A stretch of 64,000 bases of DNA from a virus (IMGVR_UViG_3300031555_004728:211513-275512), one strand, 5' to 3'; positions 1-8,925 are shown, counted from the stretch's first letter. Numbers and translations: made by a program. The notes: generated by a model not told the origin, from the sequence alone.

Positions 1-1370
1 GGAATATTTCCAAGTTCGATTTCTTCCCAAAGATCTTCAAATGTATAATTAATATATTTATTATCATTATCATCTTCAGGTTTATTTTCTTTAATTCTGA
101 TTCTAGCAGAACCATCAACACAGCCCATAGGTGCAATAATTTCACCGTATTTATGCCACATTTCTGCTACAGTTGTATCTCCATCAAGAGATAAATAATC
201 AGGATACATAGCTTTTGATGAGCAATCTAATGCTTCTTCAAAAAGCCATTCCAATTCTTTTCCCGGTCCATGTAAATCCTCAGTATATGTAAATACTAAT
301 TTAGGGAAAAGAACTGATTTCTTTTTACCTGGTGCTCCTTGCCCTTCTTTTCTAACTTTAAGACAAATAGATGCTGCTAAACTAGCAAACTTATCTGTTG
401 AAACACCGATTGTGAATGTAGTAAATGGATAATCTCCTCTACTACTTGCTACAGTATTAAGTTTAATTTCAAGACCTTGGAAACCTTGTTCCATATCTCT
501 TATAACTTTTGCCATTGCTTCATCTTCTGCTTCTTTAAATAATAGTGCTTTCATTTCATCTGTAATTTCAACACCTATAGTACTTAGAGCAGATAATAAT
601 GAATTAAGTTTTGATTCATAAATACCACTTTTATATTTATCAAAACTTAATTTAGCATATTTGGATACTAACTCATCAATACGTGGAACTGTAAAACCAC
701 CGTATTGCTGACTTGCTGCGGATAAAATAATATCACCGATAACGTCAAATGTCGTATCGAGTGATTTTGGTTCATTATACCAGAGATTACCCATCTCAAA
801 TCCACCAGTTAAAACAGTTTTAACATCAAAAAGACAACAGTTGATACCGTCTCTTCGAGAACTCATATCATGAATGTAAATATATCCATCTCTACATGCC
901 TGTAACATCTTTTTATTTAACTGGAATTTTTGGTATAATTCTTTGTTAAGTTGTCCAAAAATAAGACTACGTTTAGTAGATACTAACGTAGAATCTGAAT
1001 TTGCATTTTCTTTATCACCGATATACATAATAGCTTGTGCTTTTTTATAGATAGAATCTATCATTGCGACAAATGAGGTTTTGTAATCACGATAGTCTCT
1101 ATAACTTTTTGCTACTTCAGGTGCAATTTCTTCTAACACTTTTTCTACTATATTATGCATCATTGGTACGGTTATATATCCATTACCATCTTCTTCTTTT
1201 ACCCAGTATTCTTTATTATGAATACTTTCATTTGCAAATTCTTTAATACGTCTAATTTCTTCATCAGAGAATTTATAAAGAACTCTGAATGCAGATTTTT
1301 TAACAGCATTAATGATCTTATCTACATTAAAAGGCTGTATCGTATTATCCTTTTTAATAATATAAATCAT
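1..1370 (-). CDS. nrdD: Anaerobic (class III) ribonucleoside-triphosphate reductase, 5' part; runs off the window start
   Basis: Not in the ORF track; hand translation from ATG at 1370 (RBS GGAGG) gives MIYIIKKDNTIQPFNVDKIINAVKKSA (ATP cone), KENANSD, YIHDM, NCCLFD, SQQYGGFTV and FPKLVF. Confidence 0.95.
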   Translation of the reverse strand, partial: MIYIIKKDNTIQPFNVDKIINAVKKSAFRVLYKFSDEEIRRIKEFANESIHNKEYWVKEEDGNGYITVPMMHNIVEKVLEEIAPEVAKSYRDYRDYKTSFVAMIDSIYKKAQAIMYIGDKENANSDSTLVSTKRSLIFGQLNKELYQKFQLNKKMLQACRDGYIYIHDMSSRRDGINCCLFDVKTVLTGGFEMGNLWYNEPKSLDTTFDVIGDIILSAASQQYGGFTVPRIDELVSKYAKLSFDKYKSGIYESKLNSLLSALSTIGVEITDEMKALLFKEAEDEAMAKVIRDMEQGFQGLEIKLNTVASSRGDYPFTTFTIGVSTDKFASLAASICLKVRKEGQGAPGKKKSVLFPKLVFTYTEDLHGPGKELEWLFEEALDCSSKAMYPDYLSLDGDTTVAEMWHKYGEIIAPMGCVDGSARIRIKENKPEDDNDNKYINYTFEDLWEEIELGNI

Positions 1371-1396
1371 ATCATAAACCTCCAATTAATATGAAT

Positions 1397-1408
1397 TAAA
1401 AGAATGTT
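1397..1408 (-). promoter_or_regulatory. Phage late-type promoter AACA-N6-TA upstream of nrdD
   Basis: Minus strand reads AACAttctttTA; the same motif is found at more than 10 other intergenic sites. Confidence 0.6.
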
Positions 1409-1444
1409 TTTTGGTGTATGAAATGGTAAAATATAAATTACTGA

Positions 1445-1526
1445 GAACCAATTTTGTTAAGTTAAATTTCTCTATTTCTCGATAATTTACGAAGAATACA
1501 GAAAACTTACTTAACAAAACTGCAAC
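1445..1526 (+). repeat. 82-bp palindromic site, copy 1
   Basis: GAACCAATTTTGTTAAGT...TCGATAATTTACGA...ACTTAACAAAACTGCAAC, dyad-symmetric about 1485/1486; near-identical copies at 1845 and 8844-8925. Confidence 0.95.
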
Positions 1527-1817
1527 CAGCAAGATCTTGAAACTTATATATCATCATCCACAATGCCATATGTATTTATAACATGTAGAGAAACTGATTC
1601 TACTGAAGTTGTAGATATCTTAAATTGTATACTTGATGAATTACCTAATGATATTTTATTTGGTATTAGGTTAGAAGGTCATAATATTCCAAGACAGTTT
1701 GGATCAGGGTATTTATATGATAATAGTAATTATGGTTCACTAATATTATCTACATGGGATGCACCTGCATTTTTTAGAATTTATAATAAAGAAATAACAA
1801 GAATAGTTTTAACCTAG
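1515..1817 (+). CDS. Start-less cassette 1, putative tail-fibre tip variant (100 aa; includes track ORF 1563..1817)
   Basis: Frame opens right after the TAA in the repeat: QNCNQQDLETYISSSTMPYV...; no RBS before the internal ATG; homologous to cassette 2 (GSGYLY/GTGFVY, GSLILST/GTFILSS, RIYN/RILN). Confidence 0.7.
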   Translation, partial: QNCNQQDLETYISSSTMPYVFITCRETDSTEVVDILNCILDELPNDILFGIRLEGHNIPRQFGSGYLYDNSNYGSLILSTWDAPAFFRIYNKEITRIVLT

Positions 1818-1844
1818 TTTTGTTTGAACTATAAATGGATAGTG

Positions 1845-1926
1845 GAACCAATTTTGTTAAGTTAACTTTCTCTATCTTTCGATAATTTCCTTTGATTACA
1901 GAAATCTTACTTAACAAAACTGCAAC
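1845..1926 (+). repeat. 82-bp palindromic site, copy 2
   Basis: Direct repeat of copy 1 exactly 400 bp downstream; identity extends through CAGCAAGA to 1934. Confidence 0.95.
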
Positions 1927-2214
1927 CAGCAAGAAATTATAAATTGTATAGAATCCAATCATATATGGCTTTCCGATAATACTGGTGAAGATATTACAAC
2001 ATCTGTATATAATTTAGCAACATTTTTCCCAATTAATACATCATTCTGTTGCATACTTCAAACACCATCTGGTATTTGGAATGGTACAGGTTTTGTATAT
2101 AAAGGAGCTGAAAATCAATTAAATGGGACATTCATATTATCAAGTGTTGCAGGTATATGTACTGTAAGAATATTAAATGGATATGCACTAGGACAAATGT
2201 TATATACATTTTAA
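1915..2214 (+). CDS. Start-less cassette 2, putative tail-fibre tip variant (99 aa)
   Basis: Missed by the ORF track; open frame QNCNQQEIINCIESNHIWLSDNTGEDITTSVYNLATFFPINTSFCCILQTPSGIWNGTGFVYKGAENQLNGTFILSSVAGICTVRILNGYALGQMLYTF*; the only Met is 5 residues from the end. Confidence 0.7.
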   Translation, partial: QNCNQQEIINCIESNHIWLSDNTGEDITTSVYNLATFFPINTSFCCILQTPSGIWNGTGFVYKGAENQLNGTFILSSVAGICTVRILNGYALGQMLYTF

Positions 2215-2215
2215 A

Positions 2216-2248
2216 AATAGAGAAGATGGAATTTCCATCTTCTCTATT
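2216..2248. terminator. Bidirectional intrinsic terminator
   Basis: AATAGAGAAGATGGA/TCCATCTTCTCTATT stem between cassette 2 and the convergent gene. Confidence 0.8.
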
Positions 2249-2251
2249 TAA

Positions 2252-3280
2252 TTATCTAAGATCATTAATAACTACAGCTGGATCATCTTCTTCAACTACC
2301 AAGTAATTATTACCACCACGTGATACTTCAGCAATTTCTCCACCATTAATAGTAAGAGTACATTTCTTGAATGTACCACTAGCATCAGTACTTGTGTTAG
2401 GTTTTTCAGGAGAACCAGCAAATGGAATTTCTCCACCAGCAAATAACTTATTAATAGTTCCTCCATTAATTACCATATCGATAGTATTCATTGTACCACG
2501 ATTGATACCTTGAAGAATATTAATATTACCACCATTAACAACCAAAACACCCGTTCCTTCGTGACCATTAGAACCTCCTACTGTAACATATGTTTCTGCA
2601 ACAAAATCACCATCGATAATCATTGATAATGATTTAGCATATGAATATCCGTTTCCACCACCGTAAACAAGATTTTCACAAGTTCCACCTGTAAGTTCCA
2701 TTGTAATGTCTTCTACAATATTCCATGTATTATCAATATCACCATCATATTTAACTGATGAGCATGTACATGTATTAATCCATCTATCTGCTCCACCACC
2801 ACGAATATTTCTACATTTACCACCTGTCATTTTAACAACAGCTTTTACAGTGTGTGATTTATGAAGACCACCACCAAATACGTGTTTAACATATCCACCT
2901 TCAATAGTTACACTTGTATTTGTAAGTGTTTCATCATCATGTCTTCCACCAAATAAATTAAGTGTTGGTCCTGCAAGAATTTCTCCACCATCCCATGTAA
3001 TAAGGCAACCTTCTTCTCCATCAGGTCTTTCCTTTACAACAACTGGTGTACCATTAGCAAAGAAGAATTCTTCACCTTCAAGAATAATAAGTTCTGTACT
3101 AGGTTCATCAACTTTAGCAGAAACTGAATTAATGAATGTCTCATTAACCATAGTTCTTACAATCTCTTCTACATCGGCTGTTGTAGCGATAGGAGCATTG
3201 TTTGCTTTTTCTTGTTGCTCTCTGATCTCTTTACATGTTTCACCGATGAAACCAAGTAAGGTTTTATTTTTAGTAGACAT
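2252..3280 (-). CDS. Gly-rich beta-solenoid repeat protein
   Basis: Repeated units such as V.MTGG...N.YGGG and INGG.I..LFAGG; RBS and AACA-N6-TA (3310-3321) upstream. Confidence 0.6.
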   Translation of the reverse strand: MSTKNKTLLGFIGETCKEIREQQEKANNAPIATTADVEEIVRTMVNETFINSVSAKVDEPSTELIILEGEEFFFANGTPVVVKERPDGEEGCLITWDGGEILAGPTLNLFGGRHDDETLTNTSVTIEGGYVKHVFGGGLHKSHTVKAVVKMTGGKCRNIRGGGADRWINTCTCSSVKYDGDIDNTWNIVEDITMELTGGTCENLVYGGGNGYSYAKSLSMIIDGDFVAETYVTVGGSNGHEGTGVLVVNGGNINILQGINRGTMNTIDMVINGGTINKLFAGGEIPFAGSPEKPNTSTDASGTFKKCTLTINGGEIAEVSRGGNNYLVVEEDDPAVVINDLR

Positions 3281-3375
3281 AATAGCTACCTTCCTTTCTT
3301 TTATAATATTAATAAACTGTTTTTAAGTCCATTTTTTAGACATTATTTTAAATTATTATTAGGAGGAAATTTAAG

Positions 3376-3621
3376 ATGTTTTCTGTTGAGAAATTAAATG
3401 AAATTAAATCTGAACTTGCAACTGTTTTAGAATCTGCTGAAAAAGAAGAAAAAGATCCGGTTGCTGAATTAGAGCAAAAAATAGAAGATATTAAGAAAAA
3501 AGAAACTAGAGGTTTTATTTCAAAAGAAGAAGCTGAAGAAGGAATTTCAGATCTTCAAAAGAAATTAAAAGAAATCAAAAAAGAACTTTCTGAAAAGAAA
3601 GAAGATAAAAAAGAAGATTAA
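3376..3621 (+). CDS. Small charged coiled-coil hypothetical protein
   Basis: AGGAGG RBS, E/K-rich ORF, terminator downstream. Confidence 0.75.
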   Translation: MFSVEKLNEIKSELATVLESAEKEEKDPVAELEQKIEDIKKKETRGFISKEEAEEGISDLQKKLKEIKKELSEKKEDKKED

Positions 3622-3624
3622 AAT

Positions 3625-3654
3625 AATCCTAGACTGAAAAATCAGTCTAGGATT
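3625..3654. terminator. Bidirectional intrinsic terminator
   Basis: AATCCTAGACTGA/TCAGTCTAGGATT stem between convergent genes. Confidence 0.8.
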
Positions 3655-3659
3655 TCTTT

Positions 3660-4238
3660 TTACAGAAGAATTGCTAATGCTTTAACATACTTATCTTTAA
3701 GAGAATCTGTTAAAGTATCATACAATTCAAAATGATGTTTGATGTCTGCAAGTTTAACAAACCATGCTGCTGAATATTGAGGTTTATTATCTTTTATCAT
3801 CTCAATATATGTATTGTATGGTTTTACAACTTTTGATTTTACTGGTTGATTGTCTTCATAATCGATATTTCTTGATACTAATTCAATACATGATATGATG
3901 TAATCTTCAATAACTGTATTGTGGATTTCAGATAAAATATTTCTTAAATCCTCAAGTGTTACATCAGTATCTTCAATTAAATCATGTGAAATACCAACTA
4001 TTTCAATTATGATTTCATCTTGGATTTCTAAAGCCATTCCTAACGTTCTTAACATTTCAGATGAATATTCAGCAACCTTTACAGCATGTTCATATGTAGC
4101 ATCATCATACTTAACAAGTGCAAGTTCTTTTATTTTTGCATTTACTGTTAATAATCTTCTTGTTTCATCTGGTAAAATTCTATCCCAGATAAAATTCATA
4201 TTTCTTGCATGATCAACTATCATTATTTTGTCCTCCAA
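3660..4238 (-). CDS. HD-domain phosphohydrolase, RelA/SpoT hydrolase (Mesh1/SAH)-like
   Basis: [22 protein letters not shown] and VKLADIKH motifs. Confidence 0.8.
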   Translation of the reverse strand: MEDKIMIVDHARNMNFIWDRILPDETRRLLTVNAKIKELALVKYDDATYEHAVKVAEYSSEMLRTLGMALEIQDEIIIEIVGISHDLIEDTDVTLEDLRNILSEIHNTVIEDYIISCIELVSRNIDYEDNQPVKSKVVKPYNTYIEMIKDNKPQYSAAWFVKLADIKHHFELYDTLTDSLKDKYVKALAILL

Positions 4239-4441
4239 GTGATACGTCCTTTTGTTAAATCATATGGTGATATTTCAACAGTAACTTTATCACCTGGTAA
4301 GATTTTGATAAAATTCGTTCTTAGTTTTCCACTTATGTGTGCTAATACTTCATGGTCATTTTCAAGTTTAACCTTAAACATAGCACCTGGTAACTTTTCA
4401 GTTACAACACCTTCCAATTCAATAAAATCTTCTTTTGACAT
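4223..4441 (-). CDS. infA: Translation initiation factor IF-1
   Basis: [28 protein letters not shown]...[36 protein letters not shown], the canonical 72-aa IF-1. Confidence 0.98.
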   Translation of the reverse strand: MSKEDFIELEGVVTEKLPGAMFKVKLENDHEVLAHISGKLRTNFIKILPGDKVTVEISPYDLTKGRITWRTK

Positions 4442-4457
4442 TACATTTTCTCCTTCT

Positions 4458-4949
4458 TTATTTATATTGAGTATTCATTATATTATGTGCAATTATTTGC
4501 ATATCTATTTTTTGATATTCTCCATTAAAGTCTGTTGCTAAACCTACCATACGTTTAGCAATACCTTCAATCAAATACTTTTCAGCAATTTCTCTACTGG
4601 TATCTACAATTTTATGTGCAACTTGATCTGCAGATTTTTGATACTCATCAGTTTCAAGCAATGCTGCAACTTTATCATTTAGTACCTTATATACATTATC
4701 CGAAACTATCTTTCTAAAAGATGTCATCTTTTCATATGTATAAGTACTTGTATTAGGTATTGATGCATCATTAAATGTGTTAAATACCATTCTTATCATA
4801 GAATCTATTTCATTCTCATTTAAGTATCTTTCTAGTACATCATCTGTTAAAATATCTTTTACTTTTTCACGGATGACTTCTTTTGTAGTCTCTTTAATAA
4901 TTTCATCCATGTTTGAATTTTCATTAGTTGTTTTCATATTTTCTGACAT
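4458..4949 (-). CDS. Hypothetical protein
   Basis: 163-aa ORF with AAGGAG RBS, within an operon. Confidence 0.7.
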   Translation of the reverse strand: MSENMKTTNENSNMDEIIKETTKEVIREKVKDILTDDVLERYLNENEIDSMIRMVFNTFNDASIPNTSTYTYEKMTSFRKIVSDNVYKVLNDKVAALLETDEYQKSADQVAHKIVDTSREIAEKYLIEGIAKRMVGLATDFNGEYQKIDMQIIAHNIMNTQYK

Positions 4950-4976
4950 AGTTTAAATCTCCTTTATTTTATATTC

Positions 4977-5804
4977 TTAAAAATAATATATCTTTGAAAA
5001 AATATCAAAATATGAATAATCAATATGGAAAATTGCATAATATAATTTAACACTTCCATTATCTTCAAATTCATCTGACATAAATTCTATATATGGTTTA
5101 TCTTTTTCTGTATAGAATGGAAATAACTGTATATTACCTTCTATTTCTGGAAAGTCTTTATATTTAATACTGAATTTCTTTTTCATGTTAATTATATCTG
5201 GTTCTTCTTCATCATTAATAAATAATGAAATAAATAATTCAATATTATTCTTAATGAGTTCTAACTCATCATTCATCTTTGAGACTAAAGAATTTGTTTT
5301 TTCTTCATCACAAACTTCAATGACACCTAATTCTTTAGCCCTTGATAAGATAATATCTTTATCTTCAAGATTTTCTTCAACGAGACTTTTTAACTCCGAT
5401 ATATCTCGGATAAAAATGAGTTCGTTAGTTTCATTTTTAAATAAAATCTCTTTCATACATTCTTCAAATTCATCTTTTATTTTAATAATGAATTTCCCTT
5501 TTAATGATTCCTGAGAGATAACTCCAGGAATGGAATATATACCATTGTAAATATATAGATCTTTTCTATATACTTTATTAAGTTTTATTAGAAGACTTTT
5601 TAAATCTTTGGTAAGTCGTGTTTTTTCTTTTTTAAACTCTCTTAAAGCTTTAGCTTCATCCATAAGTCTTCTTTTTAATTCTTTTAAACTTTTTAAATCA
5701 TGCTCTTGATTATAGATTTCATCAAAATTTTCATAACCAAGAGCAGTCATTCTTTTTTCTATATCTTTTATTAAGTCTATTCTTGTATCTACCATTCGAA
5801 TCAC
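4977..5804 (-). CDS. Hypothetical protein
   Basis: 275-aa ORF coupled to the upstream gene. Confidence 0.7.
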   Translation of the reverse strand: MIRMVDTRIDLIKDIEKRMTALGYENFDEIYNQEHDLKSLKELKRRLMDEAKALREFKKEKTRLTKDLKSLLIKLNKVYRKDLYIYNGIYSIPGVISQESLKGKFIIKIKDEFEECMKEILFKNETNELIFIRDISELKSLVEENLEDKDIILSRAKELGVIEVCDEEKTNSLVSKMNDELELIKNNIELFISLFINDEEEPDIINMKKKFSIKYKDFPEIEGNIQLFPFYTEKDKPYIEFMSDEFEDNGSVKLYYAIFHIDYSYFDIFSKIYYF

Positions 5805-6211
5805 CTATTATAGTTTACATATCTGACTAAGTCAAATGCTATAATTCTTAGTTTATTATCATTTTTATTTTTACTACCCAATGCTCTGAGTTTTAACTCA
5901 TAGTCTTTTTCCTTAAGATCTTCAAGAATATACACATATTCTTCTTTTATAGGTTTTACTATAATTTCTTCTTCTGTGAAACTAACTAATCTAGCTATTA
6001 TAGTTTTAGCATCCACTGTCATAAAATCAAGAATATTTTTAAATTTATTATCAATTCTAAGTGGATCATATGTTATAGGAAGACCGCAACCAAATATATT
6101 ATTTGATTTATTCTGTGCTTCGTATATTTGTTCTTTTACTAAATCTATATGAATAGATTTAGTTCCTAATATAAAATCAGCTTTATCTCTTTTAAATATT
6201 ATATTCTTCAT
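5801..6211 (-). CDS. Hypothetical protein
   Basis: 136-aa ORF directly after the DNA polymerase gene. Confidence 0.65.
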   Translation of the reverse strand: MKNIIFKRDKADFILGTKSIHIDLVKEQIYEAQNKSNNIFGCGLPITYDPLRIDNKFKNILDFMTVDAKTIIARLVSFTEEEIIVKPIKEEYVYILEDLKEKDYELKLRALGSKNKNDNKLRIIAFDLVRYVNYNR

Positions 6212-6213
6212 GA

Positions 6214-8097
6214 TTATACTCCTAAGTCTTTACATGCTTTCTTATATAATTTATCCAACGATGGTAAATTAAACCATTTTCTACCAGTACATAACCAGTT
6301 TTTAGTTTGGAAATTATCAAAAGCTTCTTTAGCAACATCATCATGAAAATCTGATGTTTCTTTTGGTAATAATCTGACATTAGTTATAGTATGAACTTTT
6401 CTTGGACCACCAAGTACATTAAATTGACCTGCATCAAGAATACACTTAAAGTGTAATGTACTAGGGTCAATATTCATGGCGAATATTGTACTTGGATAGA
6501 AACTACTCATATCCATATCTATAGCATATTGGAATATATTATTTGACTTTTTACTTCCATATAAAGCCATACCAGTTGGAAGATTTAATCTAGGATCACC
6601 TACAAGTGCACCCTCGAATCCAACTTTTTTCTTATCATCATCATCATCCTCATCTGGTTCTTCATCACTACCAAATGGTGTTAGGTTTATATTTTCACCA
6701 GGAACCATTCCACGTGTTAAGAAATCCAAATATTGATAATTCCTAAGTTTTACAGTTTGTTTAAATTCTGAATCGTATGGTGTTATATTTTGATATGCCG
6801 TAGCATAATAGTTTTCTAAATCTTTAGTTTTATCTTCAATACCTTTTTGAAGTAAAACGTCTTTGATGTTGTATATAAAATATTTCTTATAATTCTTATA
6901 AGAGAAATATTTAATACTTCCTTCTTCACCATAATCTAATTTAGAATCACCCACTACTTTTTTACCTATATAATTAAGTGAGAATGAACGTATTTCTGAT
7001 TGACCTTTTCTAATAGCCGCATACGTTCTCATCTGACATGTATAATTAGTATATGATGTATTAAAAAAGTAGTCTGTTTTTGATTTAATATCAAAATGAA
7101 AATTATCTTTTTTAAACCAGCATTCTTTAACTGGAAAATCTGGATGACAGAATAAATCCTTAGGATCTAATCCTAACTTCTGAGCACGCTTATAAATATA
7201 ATTAACGTCAAATTCGAAGTTCCAGAAAGTTACAAAATCAAATTTCCTTTTATTAATTAATTCAAAAAGATGAACTAACATCTTTTTTTCATCTTTATAG
7301 AAAAAGAATTTATAATCTAAGACTCCATATACATCATCAAACATCTCATGAAGTTCTTTCTTTATATCTTCTTGATGCTCGATAAAATCTATTTCCTGTT
7401 CAAGTCTACTTTTATGGAGTTCTCTTCTATATAATTCTTTATCTCTTTCACTTTGTGTCATATATGTTAAATCACGTTCAACATATTCACGTCCAACCAA
7501 AGCAAATGTGTAACACTTGGATTCATCGTTATCCACAAGTGTTACTAAATCAATAGGACATGTATCTGGATTAGCCAATCCTTCAACATCCAAAAAATCC
7601 GTCTCTATATCGGCAAATGCCTTTGATATAGGTTTAGGTCTTGAATTGTCATACATCATCATCCATTTATATCTATATAGTGCTCTTACATCATAATCAG
7701 CACCATATACAAATGGATACATTAAAAAATTCTTAAGTTCTGAGTATCTATGAGTTTTATAGATATCAGAGGCTTGTCTTTTTAAACCATCACCACCATC
7801 TTCAATTATGGCTGGTATAATATCTTTAAATGGTACACTTTTCTTTTCACACTTATCAAGATATTGATAGTTCAAACTGTATGGAACTCCATAAGGATCT
7901 AAATGTGTTGTCCTGTATTCTGGTTTTTCAAAGTATATGTCCACTGGTGGATTTGGTATTGTTGTAACGTGTTTTTCTTCTGTATCCAAATCTTTCCAAA
8001 CGATATATAAAATATCTGGAGTTCCTTCTTTTTTGTTTTCTTTTACGTATTGGATATCTACAAGCATTGCAGAATCCTTTGGTATAATTTTACCCAT
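6214..8097 (-). CDS. Family B DNA polymerase, N-terminal (exonuclease plus motif A) subunit of a split enzyme
   Basis: ExoI ADIETD, ExoII FWNFEFDVNY, ExoIII YNIKDV, GFEGALV and motif A DMDMSSFYPS; motifs B and C are absent. Confidence 0.85.
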   Translation of the reverse strand: MGKIIPKDSAMLVDIQYVKENKKEGTPDILYIVWKDLDTEEKHVTTIPNPPVDIYFEKPEYRTTHLDPYGVPYSLNYQYLDKCEKKSVPFKDIIPAIIEDGGDGLKRQASDIYKTHRYSELKNFLMYPFVYGADYDVRALYRYKWMMMYDNSRPKPISKAFADIETDFLDVEGLANPDTCPIDLVTLVDNDESKCYTFALVGREYVERDLTYMTQSERDKELYRRELHKSRLEQEIDFIEHQEDIKKELHEMFDDVYGVLDYKFFFYKDEKKMLVHLFELINKRKFDFVTFWNFEFDVNYIYKRAQKLGLDPKDLFCHPDFPVKECWFKKDNFHFDIKSKTDYFFNTSYTNYTCQMRTYAAIRKGQSEIRSFSLNYIGKKVVGDSKLDYGEEGSIKYFSYKNYKKYFIYNIKDVLLQKGIEDKTKDLENYYATAYQNITPYDSEFKQTVKLRNYQYLDFLTRGMVPGENINLTPFGSDEEPDEDDDDDKKKVGFEGALVGDPRLNLPTGMALYGSKKSNNIFQYAIDMDMSSFYPSTIFAMNIDPSTLHFKCILDAGQFNVLGGPRKVHTITNVRLLPKETSDFHDDVAKEAFDNFQTKNWLCTGRKWFNLPSLDKLYKKACKDLGV

Positions 8098-8160
8098 ATA
8101 AATACCTACTTTCTTTTAATATGAGTTTAAATTATTGTGCTTTGGTATATAAAAAAGAAC

Positions 8161-8194
8161 TATGATGAAGAAGACAAAAATCTTCTTCATCATA
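8161..8194 (-). terminator. Intrinsic terminator after cassette 3
   Basis: TATGATGAAGAAGA/TCTTCTTCATCATA stem. Confidence 0.75.
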
Positions 8195-8198
8195 TAAA

Positions 8199-8855
8199 TT
8201 AAATTGCCCAATATCCATCTACTGATATTAAACCTTCAATTTTATTAGTATTATCATATCCAGAACCACTTACTGTATAACATAATAATGCAAATCCAGT
8301 GTCCCATAATTCTCTTATATAATAATTTTTTACAAACCACATTCCACCATGCAACGTAAACTGTGGACAGGCATTATAAATATTAAATGGATAAAGACAT
8401 GCTGTTGATGGTGTACCTGCACTATCTGATGTTGCACCATTAATACCTGATGCTACACACCATGCTTTACAATAGCCATTTTGATATTTTATATAATTCC
8501 AGTTATTTATTTTACCGCTTTCTACCATAGGATTTTCACGAGCCCACGGTTCAAATTTACGTACAACTGTAACACCATCAGAGTCATGCATTGTTAAATA
8601 TGCTCTTCTATATACTCTTCCATTAATAGTTGTGAATTCTTGAAATTTATATATCCATGGAGATCCAGGTGAATTGAATGAACCGTTTCCATCATAAACC
8701 ATAAGTCTACCAGCAGAAACTTGTGGGAGATTTAAACATGTTTCTGCCTCAGTATTTCCTTTTACATAATATATACCACTATCTAAAACTGTATTAATAT
8801 CAACATTTTCTAAGTATCCTTTAATAATAACAAGATTTTGAGAGTTGCAGTTTTG
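8199..8855 (-). CDS. Start-less cassette 3, tail-fibre C-terminal region (pyocin-knob-like plus distal tip domain, 218 aa; includes track ORF 8199..8702)
   Basis: Frame opens after the repeat TAA: QNCNSQNLVIIKGYLENVDINTVLDSGIYYV...NLPQVSAGRLMV...QEFTTINGRVYRR...W, then VESGKINNWNYIKYQNGYCKAW...VDGYW, both typical phage fibre tip motifs; the track ATG falls mid-domain. Confidence 0.8.
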   Translation of the reverse strand, partial: QNCNSQNLVIIKGYLENVDINTVLDSGIYYVKGNTEAETCLNLPQVSAGRLMVYDGNGSFNSPGSPWIYKFQEFTTINGRVYRRAYLTMHDSDGVTVVRKFEPWARENPMVESGKINNWNYIKYQNGYCKAWCVASGINGATSDSAGTPSTACLYPFNIYNACPQFTLHGGMWFVKNYYIRELWDTGFALLCYTVSGSGYDNTNKIEGLISVDGYWAI

Positions 8856-8925
8856 TTAAGTAAGATTTCTGTAATCTTCGATAATTCTCTAAAGATAGAG
8901 AAATTTAACTTAACAAAATTGGTTC
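8844..8925 (-). repeat. 82-bp palindromic site, copy 3 (inverted relative to copies 1 and 2)
   Basis: Reverse complement GAACCAATTTTGTTAAGTTAAATTTCTCTATCTTTAGAGAATTATCGAAGATTACAGAAATCTTACTTAACAAAACTGCAAC aligns without gaps to copies 1 and 2. Confidence 0.95.

Noticed and set aside
1064-1394. Plus-strand track ORFs here and the many other short antisense or overlapping ORFs (e.g. 3919, 5185, 25157, 47772, 57582, 60869)
   Set aside because: They are shadows of well-supported genes on the opposite strand or frame, lack RBSs and have antisense-type composition.
1423-1485. Short ATG-started frames running into the repeat as true starts of the cassettes
   Set aside because: They are in a different frame, stop at the palindrome centre in copies 1 and 2, and are absent in copy 3.
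1445-1526. Classical integron attC site
   Set aside because: The core boxes are in the reverse order (GTTRRRY left, RYYYAAC right), there are no extrahelical bases, and no integrase is in the window.
1445-1934. Palindromic repeats as a CRISPR array
   Set aside because: The repeat is 82 bp, the intervening sequence is over 300 bp and coding, there are only two tandem copies, and no cas genes are present.
1515-2214. DGR template/variable repeat pair
   Set aside because: The cassettes differ throughout with indels, not only at adenines, and no reverse transcriptase is seen.
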